From: Octopus sinensis
Taxonomy: Eukaryota
Direction: 5' to 3'
Length of the DNA: 64,000 nucleotides
Assembly: GCF_006345805.1 (NCBI RefSeq)
Contig: NC_043013.1
Span: 31,930,001-31,994,000 of the forward strand
Shown here: piece after piece, positions 13,417 through 27,279 of the stretch
How the letters are laid out: every line of letters begins with the position of its first letter
Numbering within the stretch: position 1 is the first letter of the stretch
The notes under the pieces: generated by a model
Seen by the model: the letters and a program-made list of their open reading frames with translations, nothing else
What the model was told of the DNA's origin: nothing
Database searches by the model: none
Program-made: the position numbers and the translations under genes

Positions 13417-13469
13417 ATGAAAATAATGATGATAATAATAATAATGACAATAATAATAATAATAATAAT

Positions 13470-13501
<32 letters not shown>

Positions 13502-13679
13502 AGAAGAAGAAGAGAAGAAGAAGAAGAAGAAGAAGAAGAAGAAAGAAGAAGAAGAAGAGAAGAAGAAGAAGAAGAAGAAGAAGAAAGAAGAAGAAGAAGA
13601 GAGAAGAAGAAGAAGAAGAGAAGAAGAAGAAGAAGAAGAAGAAGAAGAAGAAGAAGAAGAAGAAGAAGAAGAAGAAGAT
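13417..13679. repeat. (AAT)n/(AAG)n microsatellite
   Basis: Directly visible. Confidence 0.95.
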
Positions 13680-13684
13680 TATTT

Positions 13685-13960
13685 TACAATGAATATACGA
13701 CCTTGTGCAATATTACAATCCAATGTTGCTCGCTAATCGATACTTGGAGGCCAGATACTATTGCGGTAAAGGAAAAAGGGAAACCAAGATTATAGATATT
13801 GCAATAGGCGCAAGTGATAAAGAACTAGGAAAAGTTGAAAAATACATAAAGGTTGAAAAGACGAAATTGCAAGAATGTGGCCTATGAATGTGGACTATGG
13901 GGAGAGCATCTCTCAGTAGTTGTAGAGGCACTTGGAGTTAGAGAGATAGGTCGGAGAAAT
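13685..13960 (+). pseudogene. Restriction-like endonuclease remnant of an R4/Dong-type non-LTR retrotransposon
   Basis: GKGKRETKIIDIAI...KELGKVEKY and downstream VVVEALG resemble the PD-(D/E)xK C-terminus of R4/Dong ORFs. Confidence 0.55.
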
Positions 13961-14614
13961 CCGAATTGACATAAGAGCTGAACAAATCGAAGAACTGATC
14001 TGCTGAGAACAGGCTGCAGTCCGCTTTCTCAAAATCAACCAGACCAAATATGATAGAGCTCTCCGAGAAGTAAAACAGCACCACCACCAGGACCACCACC
14101 ACCACCAACAACAACACAACAACAACAACAACAACAAGAATAATAATAACATACAAGGCAGTGGCTCTCATGGCATCTGATCTTAACTGATTGGAAGTAA
14201 TATCATGTACATTGTTTTGTTTTGCATAATGAAGGTTTACCACAAATATTCTGCTCAATACTAGATTTGCTTCTCAGTTGCTTGACCATAACCAGTTGAG
14301 CATGTCCCTTAGTGGCTGACGATATGTGCATCGCTGATCACGAGCAGAAGTAGTGGGGGAGCATCAAAGCCATGCGCTGAGAAGTATTCTTTGGCGTTTG
14401 GAAAAATCACCTTTGGAAACATGGGGGTTTTCTTCATCTTTAAACAACTCTTATTCAATGGGTTTTTGGCCGAGATGGGCTACTTGCAGGGTCATGCACT
14501 ATTTTTCTTGATATGAGATCACTGTACGGTTCTATGTTTAAGAGAAGAGGAATTATATACATTATTTATATTATTTATATTTGACGGATATTTGTCGTCA
14601 TCTTCTTTGTTGTT

Positions 14615-14660
14615 AACACAAGATTTCGACTGATATACCTTCCAGCCTTCATCAGGTGTC
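14615..14660 (-). ncRNA. Hammerhead ribozyme, family G (degenerate stem III)
   Basis: gacac CTGATGA a ggctg N10 cagtc GAA ATCT T gtgtt. Stem I has 5 bp; stem III is probably a decayed ACGT. Confidence 0.6.
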
Positions 14661-14706
14661 TTGGGGAAATTTCGAACCTGTGTTCTCATTCCTATGGTAT
14701 TTTTCA

Positions 14707-14925
<219 letters not shown>

Positions 14926-15422
14926 ATCGAAATATTGGGGTTAGTAGCCCGTGCTCTTAACCGCTAGTCCATATCCCCGTGGGTAATTATGGAGTGAATT
15001 TTAGGGCTTATAAATCTAATATTTTCCTATCTTTCCTTAATACTGGTTCCCCTATGATACTCATATCTGCACTCGGTCTGTTTAGGAGGTTGTTGTGTCC
15101 TAGCATATGTGCTGCTTCTTTTAGTTTCCGTATTTTCCAGGTGTGTTTTCTGTCTATTATTTCAACTTCATCCCACAGGGGGAGGTGGTCCACATTTTTC
15201 CATATATGATCAGCTATACCCGATTTATCAATAACTCCTCGTGTCACAGTTTGCGATGTTCGTCTACACTTATTTTGAAGGGGCGGCATATTTCGCCTTT
15301 GTATAACCTACCACAGCTGCATGGGATGGATTACACGCAGTCTTTGGTCATATTCTCTTCTATTGGTGGATATATTTGCGAAGTGTTGTATTACTCTTGA
15401 ATACTGACCTGATGTCATATAT

Positions 15423-15453
<31 letters not shown>

Positions 15454-15946
15454 TATCATTATTACTTTTTATTTCATTGTTTATGTTTCTTTTATAACTT
15501 TTATATACTTTTCTCTTTTTTGTGTATATTTTTTGTATGTGTACTATTGAGAAAAAAATTCTTTGCTATTTATGCAACCATTAAAACTGTCCGTAGAATC
15601 CAGACCTTGATTCCTGTGATTTTTTGCCGTTCTCGAAGCTGACGGAAAATCTCGGTAGCAGTCGTTTTGTAGACATCGAAAGGAGGAAAGAGGTTGTTAC
15701 AAGTGTTCTAGTCACACTCACGTTGAAGTACCCCCACGGAACCTTCGCGAAATGAGTAGAGCGATGCAACAAGTGCAATGAAGTAACAGGATGCTCCTTT
15801 CAAGATTAAGAGATTTTGCCGTTCGATAGTAATAAACGTTTCTCCTGGTCTCAAACATACTGGAATACATCAATACAACTTGTAATTATTCGTATATGTA
15901 TGTATGCATACATCTGTGTGTGTGTGTGCATGCCCATGTATATATA

Positions 15947-16002
<56 letters not shown>

Positions 16003-16097
16003 CGGGAAGCTTTATGAAAATAAGCAAAGGACGAGGCAGGTAGAATATAAACAAACAATTGTATTAGTATGGCCCTCAGGAATATAAATAAAACAAG

Positions 16098-16135
16098 TCT
16101 TTTACGTTTCGAGCCTACGCTCTTCAACAGAAAGA
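16098..16135 (-). ncRNA. Hammerhead-like motif, family E (best copy)
   Basis: tcttt CTGTTGA a gagc gtag gctc GAA ACGT A aaaga: 5-bp stem I, 4-bp stem II, palindromic ACGT, GUA site. Confidence 0.55.
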
Positions 16136-19100
16136 TACACAGAAAAGAAACACAGAAAGAAACAAGGAGAGAAAAAAATGCGTGCAGAAGCTAGCGAATC
16201 AACATGGCGATATATATATATATATATATGTACATATGTATATGAATGTGTACATATGTGTTAAATGTATTGCCACAATTTCCGGCTTCTCTATGAAATA
16301 AATATGTTTCCATTCCAATAATAACAGTTTCTTAAAATGGCAGTAAGTCAAAAATTTGTGGAAGAGAGGTAACTTCGATCATGTCGTAAACAACGCATTT
16401 GAGGTCTTGTTTTATGGATAAATTGAGGCATATAAAATAAAACACCATCATTGTGAATTGATTATTGAATCGAGAAACAATTTGTTTTAATGAAATTCGT
16501 TCAAATGTAGAGTAAATGCAGTTGCCTCAAGGAAGAGAAAGTTTCTAGTTTTTTGCAGTTGATCATTAGATTTTACCGTTTCCTTACGGCAAACTAATTC
16601 AATCTATATACTTTTGACATAGTTATCCTCAGCAATGACGATGTAGTATCATAGTATCTTACTCTTCACTATAATTCATTTAGTTTGGCTTTTTCGTTTT
16701 GCTTTTTTTCCAAATTCACCGAATTGTTAGACGCAATACATCTTGTGAAAACACTATTGAAAATTTTATGGCAAATGAATGAATATGCTACGTTCTGGGT
16801 GTATTTGTGATGGAAAACGTTCTGGACAGTGACAGAGTCTATGAATATGTTGCTGTTTTATAAAAATTGTTTTCTTTTTTTAAGACGTTAGTATGTTACT
16901 TGAAGTTGAGTTGTATAATAGCATCATTGATTGACTCAAGTTGTCAAGGAATTAATTATGTCTCTGTTTTATATATTTTATATATAATGGCGTAAATATT
17001 AATAAATCTCACCCGGAAGCTCGAGTCCGTGTGTATCATAGGTTGAAGACGGGAAGGGTGGCTTCCCTTTGCAAATACTGATAGGGCACAGAAAGCGTGT
17101 CAACAGCCAGCTGGGGTAGGTGTCCTCCTGGAGCTACAGTAGCATCCACCCTTAAGGGTTAGTCACATTTAAGTGGCGAATAGACTTCACGATAGCGTGA
17201 ATATTATTCATATTATTCCGAGGAAGAAGACGGAAAAATAGCAATGTGAATATCAGAAACTGAGCGTTTGACATGCTCAAAATAGCAGCCAATGTTTCCT
17301 AAAACTAAAAATTACTCCTTAACGACTTATCTTAAATCTATATTAAACTTGATGTGATTGTACAAATACCTAAAAATATGGGATTGATAATGCACTTAAA
17401 AACACCTTCAACCTTAGATTTGCCTGTAATTAAACAATGATTTGCCTTGTAATTAAACAATGAAAACAATAACAATGATTTGCCTTGTAATTAAACAATG
17501 AAAACAATAACAACTCAACTAAGTTTTTATTACTGAATACTTTCTAATAAATTTGCAAATATTTCTGGCCCTGCATAAAACTTTCAAACTTCTGCATTCA
17601 TCTATGAAATCTTGGTCGCAATTGTAATTTTATCAGTCAAATTCTTCTTTCGAACGGATGAAAATTTCCTTTACCATGTTTTTCTCTAAATTCAAAGTTG
17701 TTTGATTGAAAGAAATTTGAGAAAAAAAATATTTGGCAATATTTCATTATACTCAATCTTGCCTTCAAATATTGTGTCTGTTGGTACCCACGGAAACAGG
17801 ATCAATATTGTTTTTATTCATGTTTAGAATCTGGATTGTTGTTTAAGCATTTCATTTTCTTTTTCTTCAACTTTCCAGACTGCTTTCAATATATTAAGCT
17901 CGAGGAAATAATACCACTGACAATTCAAAATAATTAAACCTGCTCTTCGATATATTGATTAACTTGTGTGCTGGATAGCACAATCAATGAACTCTACAAG
18001 AGAGGCTTTTAAGCGTTGGGTATTGTGTTATTAATGTTATGGGTGATATTTCATTGAAGCCTTCACATTCATTTGATATCAATGGATTTCATTATTACAT
18101 TACATGCATATTTTGTTGGAGTTTCTTTTGTTTGATTTTGTTTGTGCTGCTGTTATTTGATTTATGCTTTTTTTTTGTCGGTGCTGAATCGTATCTTTGC
18201 TTGTAATAATAGTGGCGAAAACATTCTGATACCGCTTTTGAATCGGTTGATGTTGTTAAACAGTGGTGTAACATCTATAAAGTATTACTTTTATATCCAA
18301 CGTCGTATTTTTCATTCACTAATGCTATTCAGGTTGTCTTTTTAACACTTTAGGACGTTAAGTAGTTTGTAGCTATTTGTATTGATTTCAGCTGTTACTA
18401 TTCTACTGTCTTCATAATGTTGTAATGACAACTAAAATCAATGTTATTGATGTTGACTGTGTCGATTGTGCTTGACTCATGATGCTGTAAGAACATTGCA
18501 GACACGTTGTAAATAAAGGAACATGTGTATTCCTAACCTCAGAATATGGAATAGAATGTTCAGTCTTAGATATTAAGCATCGATCTGTTTGATTCGATAA
18601 GACTAACGATTTGTAGATTGTAATCAACAATGAGTTTAATTTAGGATCTTCGCTAATAATTTGTAAGATACATGAATACAATTATTTCCAGCGAATATCT
18701 GCATTCATAAAATTTCATTGATGCTTTCGTTTTTGTTTTTCATTGATTGCATTTATCGAACTGACCTTTACGTGACAATGAATATCTCTCACTCGGCATT
18801 GTCTTTTTGTCTTAGAATTAATTATACAACATCCTGCACTTCGTTCTTATATATTTTAGGGCCACAATAATAATCTATTACAATACACGCATGTTTAGAC
18901 TTAATAAAAGGAAACGTACAGCCTTTGTGTTTCTCGGTTTTACAGATTATTATTCGGCTTAACTTGTATAAATATTCTTTTTCATAATGAGGCGAATGTT
19001 GTCGTTCGAAAGAATAATGGTTACATTGGCTAAAACATCACTACGCTTTCAAATCTTGGTTGCTATCAATACAATTCACATTTGCTGCAAACGATTTAGA

Positions 19101-19267
19101 GAAAAACATAACTATAAAGAAAATGCTCAAAAGAAAGTTACGGTAAGTAATGTGGTCCTCCGCACGAATTACCACTTACGCTTACTAAAGAAATTCTTGA
19201 AAGAAGCGTTTATTTTATTTGCAAGTAGTAATTCCGACGAAATAAATATTATTAAATGCATCTCAAA

Positions 19268-19690
19268 GACGGCGAGCTGGCAGAAACGTTAGCACGCCGG
19301 GTGAAATGCTTAGAGGTATTTCCTCTGCCGCTACGTTCTGAGTTCAAATTCCGCCGAGGTCGACTTATCCTTTCATCCTTTCCGGGTCGATTAAATAAGT
19401 ACCAGTTACGCATTGGGTCGATGTAGTCGACTTAATACCTATCTCTGTTCTTGTTTGTTCTCTCTGTATGTATCCCCTTGAGGGCAGAAAACAAATAAGA
19501 AGCGTTAGCAGCCCGGCGAAATGCTCAGCGGTATTTCATCTGCTGTGACGTTCTGAGTTCAAATTCCGCCGAGGTCGACTATGCCTTTCATCCTTTCGAG
19601 GTATATTAAATAAGTAGCAGTTACGTACTGCGATCGATGCAGTCCACTTAATCTTCTTCCCCAAGCTGCCTTTGTGGCAAATATTTTAAA
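19268..19690 (+). mobile_element. SINE family 2, two tandem copies
   Basis: ggcgagctggcagaaacgttagcacg...gttctgagttcaaattccgccgagg occurs twice. Confidence 0.8.
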
Positions 19691-19822
19691 TCATTATTAA
19701 ATACGTCTGTATTCCTATTACTTCGGTGTCCATGGGGCTGAGGCATTCTTCAGTGGGGTAGTTGTTAACATTACACACCTACTCGCACGCGCATCTAATA
19801 CAAAGACAGTCAGACGATTAGA

Positions 19823-21530
19823 TATGTTTCTTTATTAGCCACACAGGGCTGCACACAGATAGAACAAATTACAAGGTAGAGCTTTTCTTTTGAAGGTTTA
19901 AAAAAAAAATTTAAAAAATTAAAAAATAAAAAATAAAAAATAAAAATAAAATAAAAATAAAATAAAAAAGGGGGGGTCGATCAAAAGGGATCGTAAAAGG
20001 AGAGAAAGAGGACAAAAAAAGGGGGGTTAAAAAAAAAGGGGGAGAGGAAAAAAATTGATCAATAGGGATCGTTATCACAGAAATGTCAATATGAAGTGTA
20101 AAGGGGGGGACAGGTGAGGTTTACCCGTGGAAAGAAAAGCCTACGGAAAAGACCACGGTAACCTCGGTCAATGAAGTCACGTTATATTTCTTTTTTTTTT
20201 TTTTTTTGCAAATAAGCAACTCTCTGTATTAATTTTTACGGTTCATAGAATTATAGTCAAAGTGGCTTCGTCATTCATACGTGCCATCCTTGCTACATTC
20301 ACCCATCTTTTTTTAAAACATTCACTAGACAAAACTTGCCTCTCTACTCTCACTTTTTTCTTCAAGTGATACTTGAAGAAGTTGATGAGAGATTGACCAG
20401 AGAGGAAAGTGTTTGTCTCTAATCCTTTCAGACGCGTCCACCAGATACATTCTTTCGCCATAGCCACAAGTATGATAAAAATAGCTCTTCCTTCCCGTTT
20501 GAAGGAAGGAGGCGTGACGATATTAACGATAGACTCGGCTGATAAACCGACACGTCCCACACGTGACAGCAGTCGTTCGACATAAGCCCACAGGTGGAAA
20601 ATTGCTGGACACTGCACGATTGCCTGCAGAGCGGTTTCGTCGCTCTGCCCGCATCTCGGGCAGGTCGGCCCCGTGTTTCTCGAGCCATGCCTATAGAGCT
20701 TATCCCGAACGGGTAGCGCTTCTCGGTAGCACCGCCAGGCCAGGGATCTCTGGAAGTTGTCCATAGGTCCCGGGCCGAAAGTCGTTTGAAACAGGCGGGT
20801 CAGGTATTCCTCGTCGACGCCCAGGTTTGCCCCGAGCTCGTCGTCGTACCTCCCCTCCACTAATCCCCTATAGAATGCTTTGGTGTGTTGAAGTCACTCA
20901 AGGTCGACCCAGAACGGAGAGTTGCTTGAGAGGCAACGCGACACTCGCGGTGCCATTCGCCCTTCTTCGGCCTCTTTTTGATCCACGACTGTAGTTCGGT
21001 CATGGAGACGAGTTGCGGGAATGCGTGCCTCACAAACGGCGACCACACCTGTTCACCGTCGTCTACATAGAGCCAGAGATGTCGCAGTCTCAGCGCGTGT
21101 CTGCGCATCATCAACCACGGCATGCCCAGCCCTCCTTTTAACGGGTGTTGACAGCAAATGGATCGCCTGACCATCGGGACGCATCCTTTCCACAAGAAGC
21201 GGAAGAGGATGCGTTCTAGTTTGGTGATGGTAGGGTCGGGACAAGGTACGACGGTCAGGCGGTAGTAGATGATGGACGCGATGTACGCGTTCACCACCTC
21301 CGCCCGACCTTTTAGGGACAGTTTCCTCTCGGCCCATTGCTGGGCGAGAGTGACCACCCTACTCGTTATCTCGTTCCAGTTCTTCTCCATTTGGAGGTCC
21401 GGACCGAACCAGACCCCGAGCAACTCAACCGGGCCGTCTGTCCAGCGTCCCACGACGGAGGTACTGGTGGACGGCATGGGCTTGCTTCTCCAGGTGCCGA
21501 GCCGCAAGCCCACTGACTTTTCCCGGTTGA
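19823..21530 (-). mobile_element. 5'-truncated Tx1/L1-clade LINE (ORF2 C-terminal part, zf-RVT, 3' UTR)
   Basis: VELLGVWF...KLSLKGRAEVVNAYIASIIYY...FLWKG...KGGLGMP (20860-21513), a frameshift, then LAWRCYREALPVRDKL...CPRCGQSDET (20243-20860). T-rich UTR ends ctaataaagaaac. Confidence 0.88.
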
Positions 21531-21534
21531 TTGA

Positions 21535-21535
21535 T

Positions 21536-21581
<46 letters not shown>

Positions 21582-21582
21582 T

Positions 21583-21631
<49 letters not shown>

Positions 21632-21632
21632 C
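21535..21632. repeat. (GATA)n microsatellite abutting the Tx1 element
   Basis: Directly visible. Confidence 0.95.
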
Positions 21633-24600
21633 AGAGAGGCAGATCCAGTATGAAAATAAATACTAATTCATCAAAATCTGACCCAAAGTACGAAGTTTGA
21701 ATCACTATTTTAAAAAATAACTTTTATCAATAAAAGGCGAGAAAGCAGATCCTCTTTATGTAATCTCTATATATAAATTATTAATTAAAACTAAATGTAG
21801 TGAATGTTGGATTCTGAGTTTCACCAGATGTTTTTCGGTATTATTAGAATCCTTATCAATGAAATATAATTACACTACAGATAACAGATGGCTAGATGTA
21901 TTCATTAGTTTGAGTTTACTATGTTATAATGTATATTTCAAGCTATTCTTTTGTGCAGGATATTTCAATAGCGTTTGCTCAAGATCCTCAACTTACAATA
22001 TATATCATACGAACTAACTATAAAGATGTAAAGGAATTCAACCAACACATACAAAGTACAATCCCCATGCATTGACTATACCATAACTCATATGGACGTA
22101 TTGCTGGCGCAGTTGGTAATGGCGTTTCGGCTAGCAACAGCAGCGAGTCTCACACTTAATAACAATAAAAATACTACTACTATTGCTTATACCTACATTT
22201 TAAACATGGATCTCGGATTTATAGGAAATCATAAGGAATTGTTTGGATTATCAGAATAGCAAAAATAAAGCTTTATCAAGCGAGAATTGAGAGTGTGTGT
22301 TGGTTTAGTCCTCTAAGTAATCTAATTTTTCACAATGGCGTTACACTGATTTCTGTATATAATAAGAGATATGGATTGAAAATATTTACATTTCTGTGAA
22401 TACTTCTTACATAGCAAATGGTTGCAGTTGTAAAACAAATTAGCTAGAATTTTGAGCTTAGTGTAATGGCTTAGAAAGCAACGGAAGAATGGATATTCGA
22501 TAGAGTATTATTGTGGATATAACAAGTTACTGATGGAATGTGAAGCACGTGAATAATGGTGGGAAAGTTTTCACTTAACGATGCCATGAGCTGACATATA
22601 TGAATAAAAGCAATGAAATACTTTTATCACATATATAGAACATACGTGTGTGGGAGAGAATATATATGAGCCAAATAACTCTCTCTTTGCTTTCTTTTTC
22701 CTTCTCTCTCCTATCTTTTTCTCTGTGTAAAATGTGTGTGTGAGTGTTCGTGCGTGTGTAAGTATATATATATACTTGCATAGATGCGTGTAGATATTTA
22801 TATTCCTGTGTTCAGCAATTATTTCATTTAATATCAATGTACAAATTCGAAAGCGTAAAAAATTGTCAGCAAAAAAAGAGCCACTAAAAGTGTTTCCAAA
22901 TCCTAATATTCTTTCGTGGTTTCACTAGGTTCTTGAAACGTATTCAAACTGAGACCTCATCACATCCGTTATTAGGAAAGTTTACTAGGGCTTTCATACA
23001 TTCACCCAACATAATTTATACAAAAGGATTTTGTTATCATTCAACAACATATATACATGGGAGGCATCTTGATCTGGGTGGCACCGAGATTAACAAAGAT
23101 CTAAACCAAATGAAAAGAAATTAGATCGTCGTTTGACCTATAGAATTCACAACTAAATCTTCTTCAAGTAATCACCCTACGGTTTTATAGACAAGAAAAT
23201 TGCGCGTTGGATATTATAATCAAAAAAGTAAGCTACATCTTGAGAAAAGTTGGTATTTAGTATCTAGATAAGGATATTTTTCATCAGCGTTCTGAATAAT
23301 GGGGGATGATTTGTTAGCGGAACAAAAGAGATGACAGCATTCTGGCCTTCAGTAATTTTTAATGAAGATCCCTTTGTGGAAAGCATCCGAACAAGATCCC
23401 CGGATCTTTCTTATGCCAAGCTTACTTTTCATTTTCAGATGTTGATCGGTACTTGTTCACGCGAGGCATGAGGAGTGTCGGTATTACCATTCTACTGGAA
23501 CTTGCAGTACTGATGTGTTCTCCATTCATACACTTGAGTAAATTATAAAAGAAAATAGACGATGAAATCAAAATTGTCTCCTGCCGAGGCTATCGAATAT
23601 ATTTCAAAGTTTAAAACAAAAGCTTGTTCTGGCATTCCAACACATGTTTATATGCTTCTAGATGTTTGCTTGTTTCTTGTATGTATTATGTTTTTTTTAT
23701 ACCTGGTGAAAGATACGACAAAACAGAAAGTAAAAATAGAGCTATACTTCTAACAATACGATAGTCATTGATAACGTCAATCCCCTTCGAAAGACGGCTT
23801 TTGTCATGTGTGTCATTTCAGGAAAGTATCAGATTAAAACTGTTTCAGCAGTAACATCACGTATTCGTGGGGAAATAAGAAAATCTGATTAAAGAAAACA
23901 TGGGAACTGTGTAGGAATAAAAATCAAGTATCAACTACAAGCATTAACACCTCAAATGTATTCTTTGTCTGAAGTTAATGCATATATAACAGTGCTAACG
24001 CATGAACAAATGTGTATTCTTTAAATTATTCATTAAGAGATTAATGGAAATAGCTTGTTGTTCCTGTCTGTTAGAAAGTGAAAGCGAAATTTGCAGCAGA
24101 TGACAGGAATTGCTTAAGAGCAATTTCTAGCAAAATATTTAAAAGATTAAGGAACATTTTGATGATTATGTTGCACTGATATTACCAATAGTTGAGTGTG
24201 TTTCAGACCACCATTTTCGTTAAATGGGTAATGGTTTCTGTAGATACGAATATAATTTTCAAAGTTTAACTATATTTTCCATCTTATTTATTACACTGTC
24301 TTTTTTTATGCTGACGGTCTCGCAGAATTTTGTAAATAACTATTTTCCATTGCACCCTTCATATTAGCAGAAATGTTTTAAATCATGATGGCATAAAACA
24401 GCGAATTATAAAGCATAAATCTTATTGCCAGAGCATAATTATCATCTTTCATGTTGCATTCCAAACTACTAACATAGTCGATAAATGATTAGCTGTTGCT
24501 TTGCACAATCAGAGTCGATCTGGGAGTAGTCAACGACGAAATGTTAAGTCAATATCCCGAAGACCATCAGACCCATAATTATGAAATTTATAAAGAATAC

Positions 24601-26675
24601 GAATTATAAAAATAAAATTAAATCTATATTAGCTATATATGTATTTCTTAATTTGATAAAGATGAAAACACGAACTTGAAACACACGTTTTTTTATAAAT
24701 ATCATTGGCATATGAGATGAACATTTGTCAACAGATTTCATTTAATATTTCAAAATATATACAAGTATCCTATAATTTATGAAGCTGTCGTCTGAAAGAC
24801 CGGAAACGTGAAACATGTATACTGACATTTATCCACCTGAAGAAATAATCCACGTTTACTTATTGTTTTCTGTAGTGTATCGTTTTTTTCATATATGTGT
24901 GTGTCTGTGTGTGTGCCTGTTTACAGGGCGGGGAGGGCTCTAACCTTATACCGTGCTTTCCAAAGATCGTCTAAGGGTGTCGGCTACGAAATGTTTTCAT
25001 ACTGTATGACTTTTATCTATCTTTACAGGATATACACGAAGACGGAATGAACAGATTTTATTCCAGTTAACTACAATCGCCCATCATTGTTTCGACGCAT
25101 CAGTATCAGCTGATAATTGCTGATTTTTACACATATCATATATACTACTGCATTAATATAATCCAGGAATAACTATGTGCTTGTATGTCTTTAAGTAAGA
25201 AGGGTCTAGATCCTTCCTATATAAACATATATATATATATATATATATAATATATATATATATATAATATATATATATGTATGAATGGATGAATGGATGT
25301 ATATATGCATGTATTTATGCATGTATGTCTATGTACATAGGTATGTATGAGTGTGTTTGAGCATGTGTGTGTGTGTATGTGTGCGTATGTGTGTGTGTGT
25401 GTTTGTGTGCGTGTGTGTGTGTGTGTATGTGTATGTATGTGGTGGAACTAGATAAATGAAAACAGCGTTATTTCATTCAGGTTTACCGATCAGATCGGCG
25501 ACTGAAGTGAACCTTTATTGGTTTCGATTGCTGACACAGAATAGCATACAACACGAGAATGCCAATATAAAGAGTTATATAAACATTGAATTTAAACGCA
25601 TTGCTATTTCATTGATTCCTATTATGAGACATATGACGTGAATATATTGGGTTCTTTTATAGGCATACAATTCCTTTAAGAATGAAATATATTAATATTT
25701 CTTTAAATGTTATTAATAAAACCTCTCTCGAGGCCCACATGCTAAGTCAAATGTTAACATGTCCCTTTTCTTTTTAAATCTCTCCTGTTTCCAGAAACAA
25801 TTTTCGTCGGCCTTGAAATATAACTTAGCAGCACGCTTTCATTTTACAATGTATTCATTTGATGTTTGTCTGTATGTTCTTCGATATTTACTTTATTATT
25901 CGCCTTAACCACATACTATCATTCTCTCAGGTCTTTTTCTTTCCATTTCACACTTTTATACGAGAGTTCCCTTCTCATACATGTGCCGAAAATTAATTGC
26001 AAACCAATACATTCTTGCTTTGGCTCTTTACTCTATGCTCTCATGCAATTCATCTTCCTCTGTAAATCTTTTGCTCTCTCAATCTCTACACACTCACCTA
26101 CGGACTGGCTTTCTGTCACGCATATTTTTTTTTAATCAAATCTCTGAATTTCTACGCATAACCTCTGATCCCTGATCAAACCAGTTTTTCTACCTCATTC
26201 TTTGCATATTTTTGTGTGTGCGTTTTTCCTATCATTGTTCATTTTATCTGCCATCAATATTGCATGTTGGAGAAAATTAATGCTGAATATAATTGCATTC
26301 AAAATCCTAATGATGTTAGTTAATAAATGCTCAAGAATTTGTGTTATTTTTGTAGTTTACAGGGCTTTCGTGATGTCATTTAATCACCTTGAGAGAATAA
26401 CAATTCTCGAAAGCCTCGGTTGGATTAATAATTACCGAATTAAGTGTCAAAGTCCTTTACAATTGTAAACGATTACTGATGAAAGAATAGAAACCATTCA
26501 ACGCATTCATTGATACCAACCTAATCTTCATTTCATAGTGTAAAATTTAAGATAATCAAACATTGCATTTCTTTTATGATGATGGGTGTTCATAAACACT
26601 AGTATACACATATATACATGAATATATACACACATACACACATATACACACATGCGCGCGCACACACACCCACAT

Positions 26676-26721
<46 letters not shown>

Positions 26722-26773
26722 AAAATAAGACAAGGTAGAAAATGCTAAAAGAGGCTTACCATGAAGAACATTT

Positions 26774-26808
26774 TGGTACCCGTTTCAGTCTTTGCGACTT
26801 TTTCAACT
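26774..26808 (-). ncRNA. Hammerhead-like motif, family H (U3-A8 core)
   Basis: TTGAAAA agtc gcaaa gact GAA ACGGGT A cc; stem I is weak. Confidence 0.45.
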
Positions 26809-27115
26809 TAGAGTTAAGCATGAAAAACAATTAAATTAAGGAAACATTTATTGAAATATTTTTTTTTAATATTTCCCTAGTTTTCAAATTTCCTTTTTTC
26901 TGTGTGTGCCTTTTTTCTCTTGTGAAGGCTTCTTAGCAAGTAGTAGATAGCAGTGGTACTAGTTACTATCTACTACGAAGCCTTCGTAACAGAAAAATGA
27001 GAGACAGACAGAAAAAAGGAAAATAAATTTTGCATTTGAAAAAAAAGAAAGTATTTTTAAAAAATACATTTCATTAAATTTTTCCACAATTTAATTATTT
27101 TTCATGCTTTAATCT

Positions 27116-27152
27116 AAGTTGAAAAAGTTCCAAAGGGTGAAACCGGTACCAA
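27116..27152 (+). ncRNA. Hammerhead-like motif, family H (U3-A8 core, decayed stem II)
   Basis: TTGAAAA agttccaaagggt GAA ACCGGT A cc. Confidence 0.4.
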
Positions 27153-27225
27153 AATGTTCTTCAGGATAAAATGTGTTTAGCATTTCTACCTTGTCGTATT
27201 TTCCTTATACTCCTGTTCAACTTTC

Positions 27226-27279
<54 letters not shown>

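Larger units (their letters stand above)
26720..27230. repeat. Imperfect ~500-bp palindrome of family H between two (TA)n tracts
   Basis: Centre gtagtagatag/ctatctactac and gaaggcttc/gaagccttc. The arms are diverged reverse complements. Confidence 0.75.
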
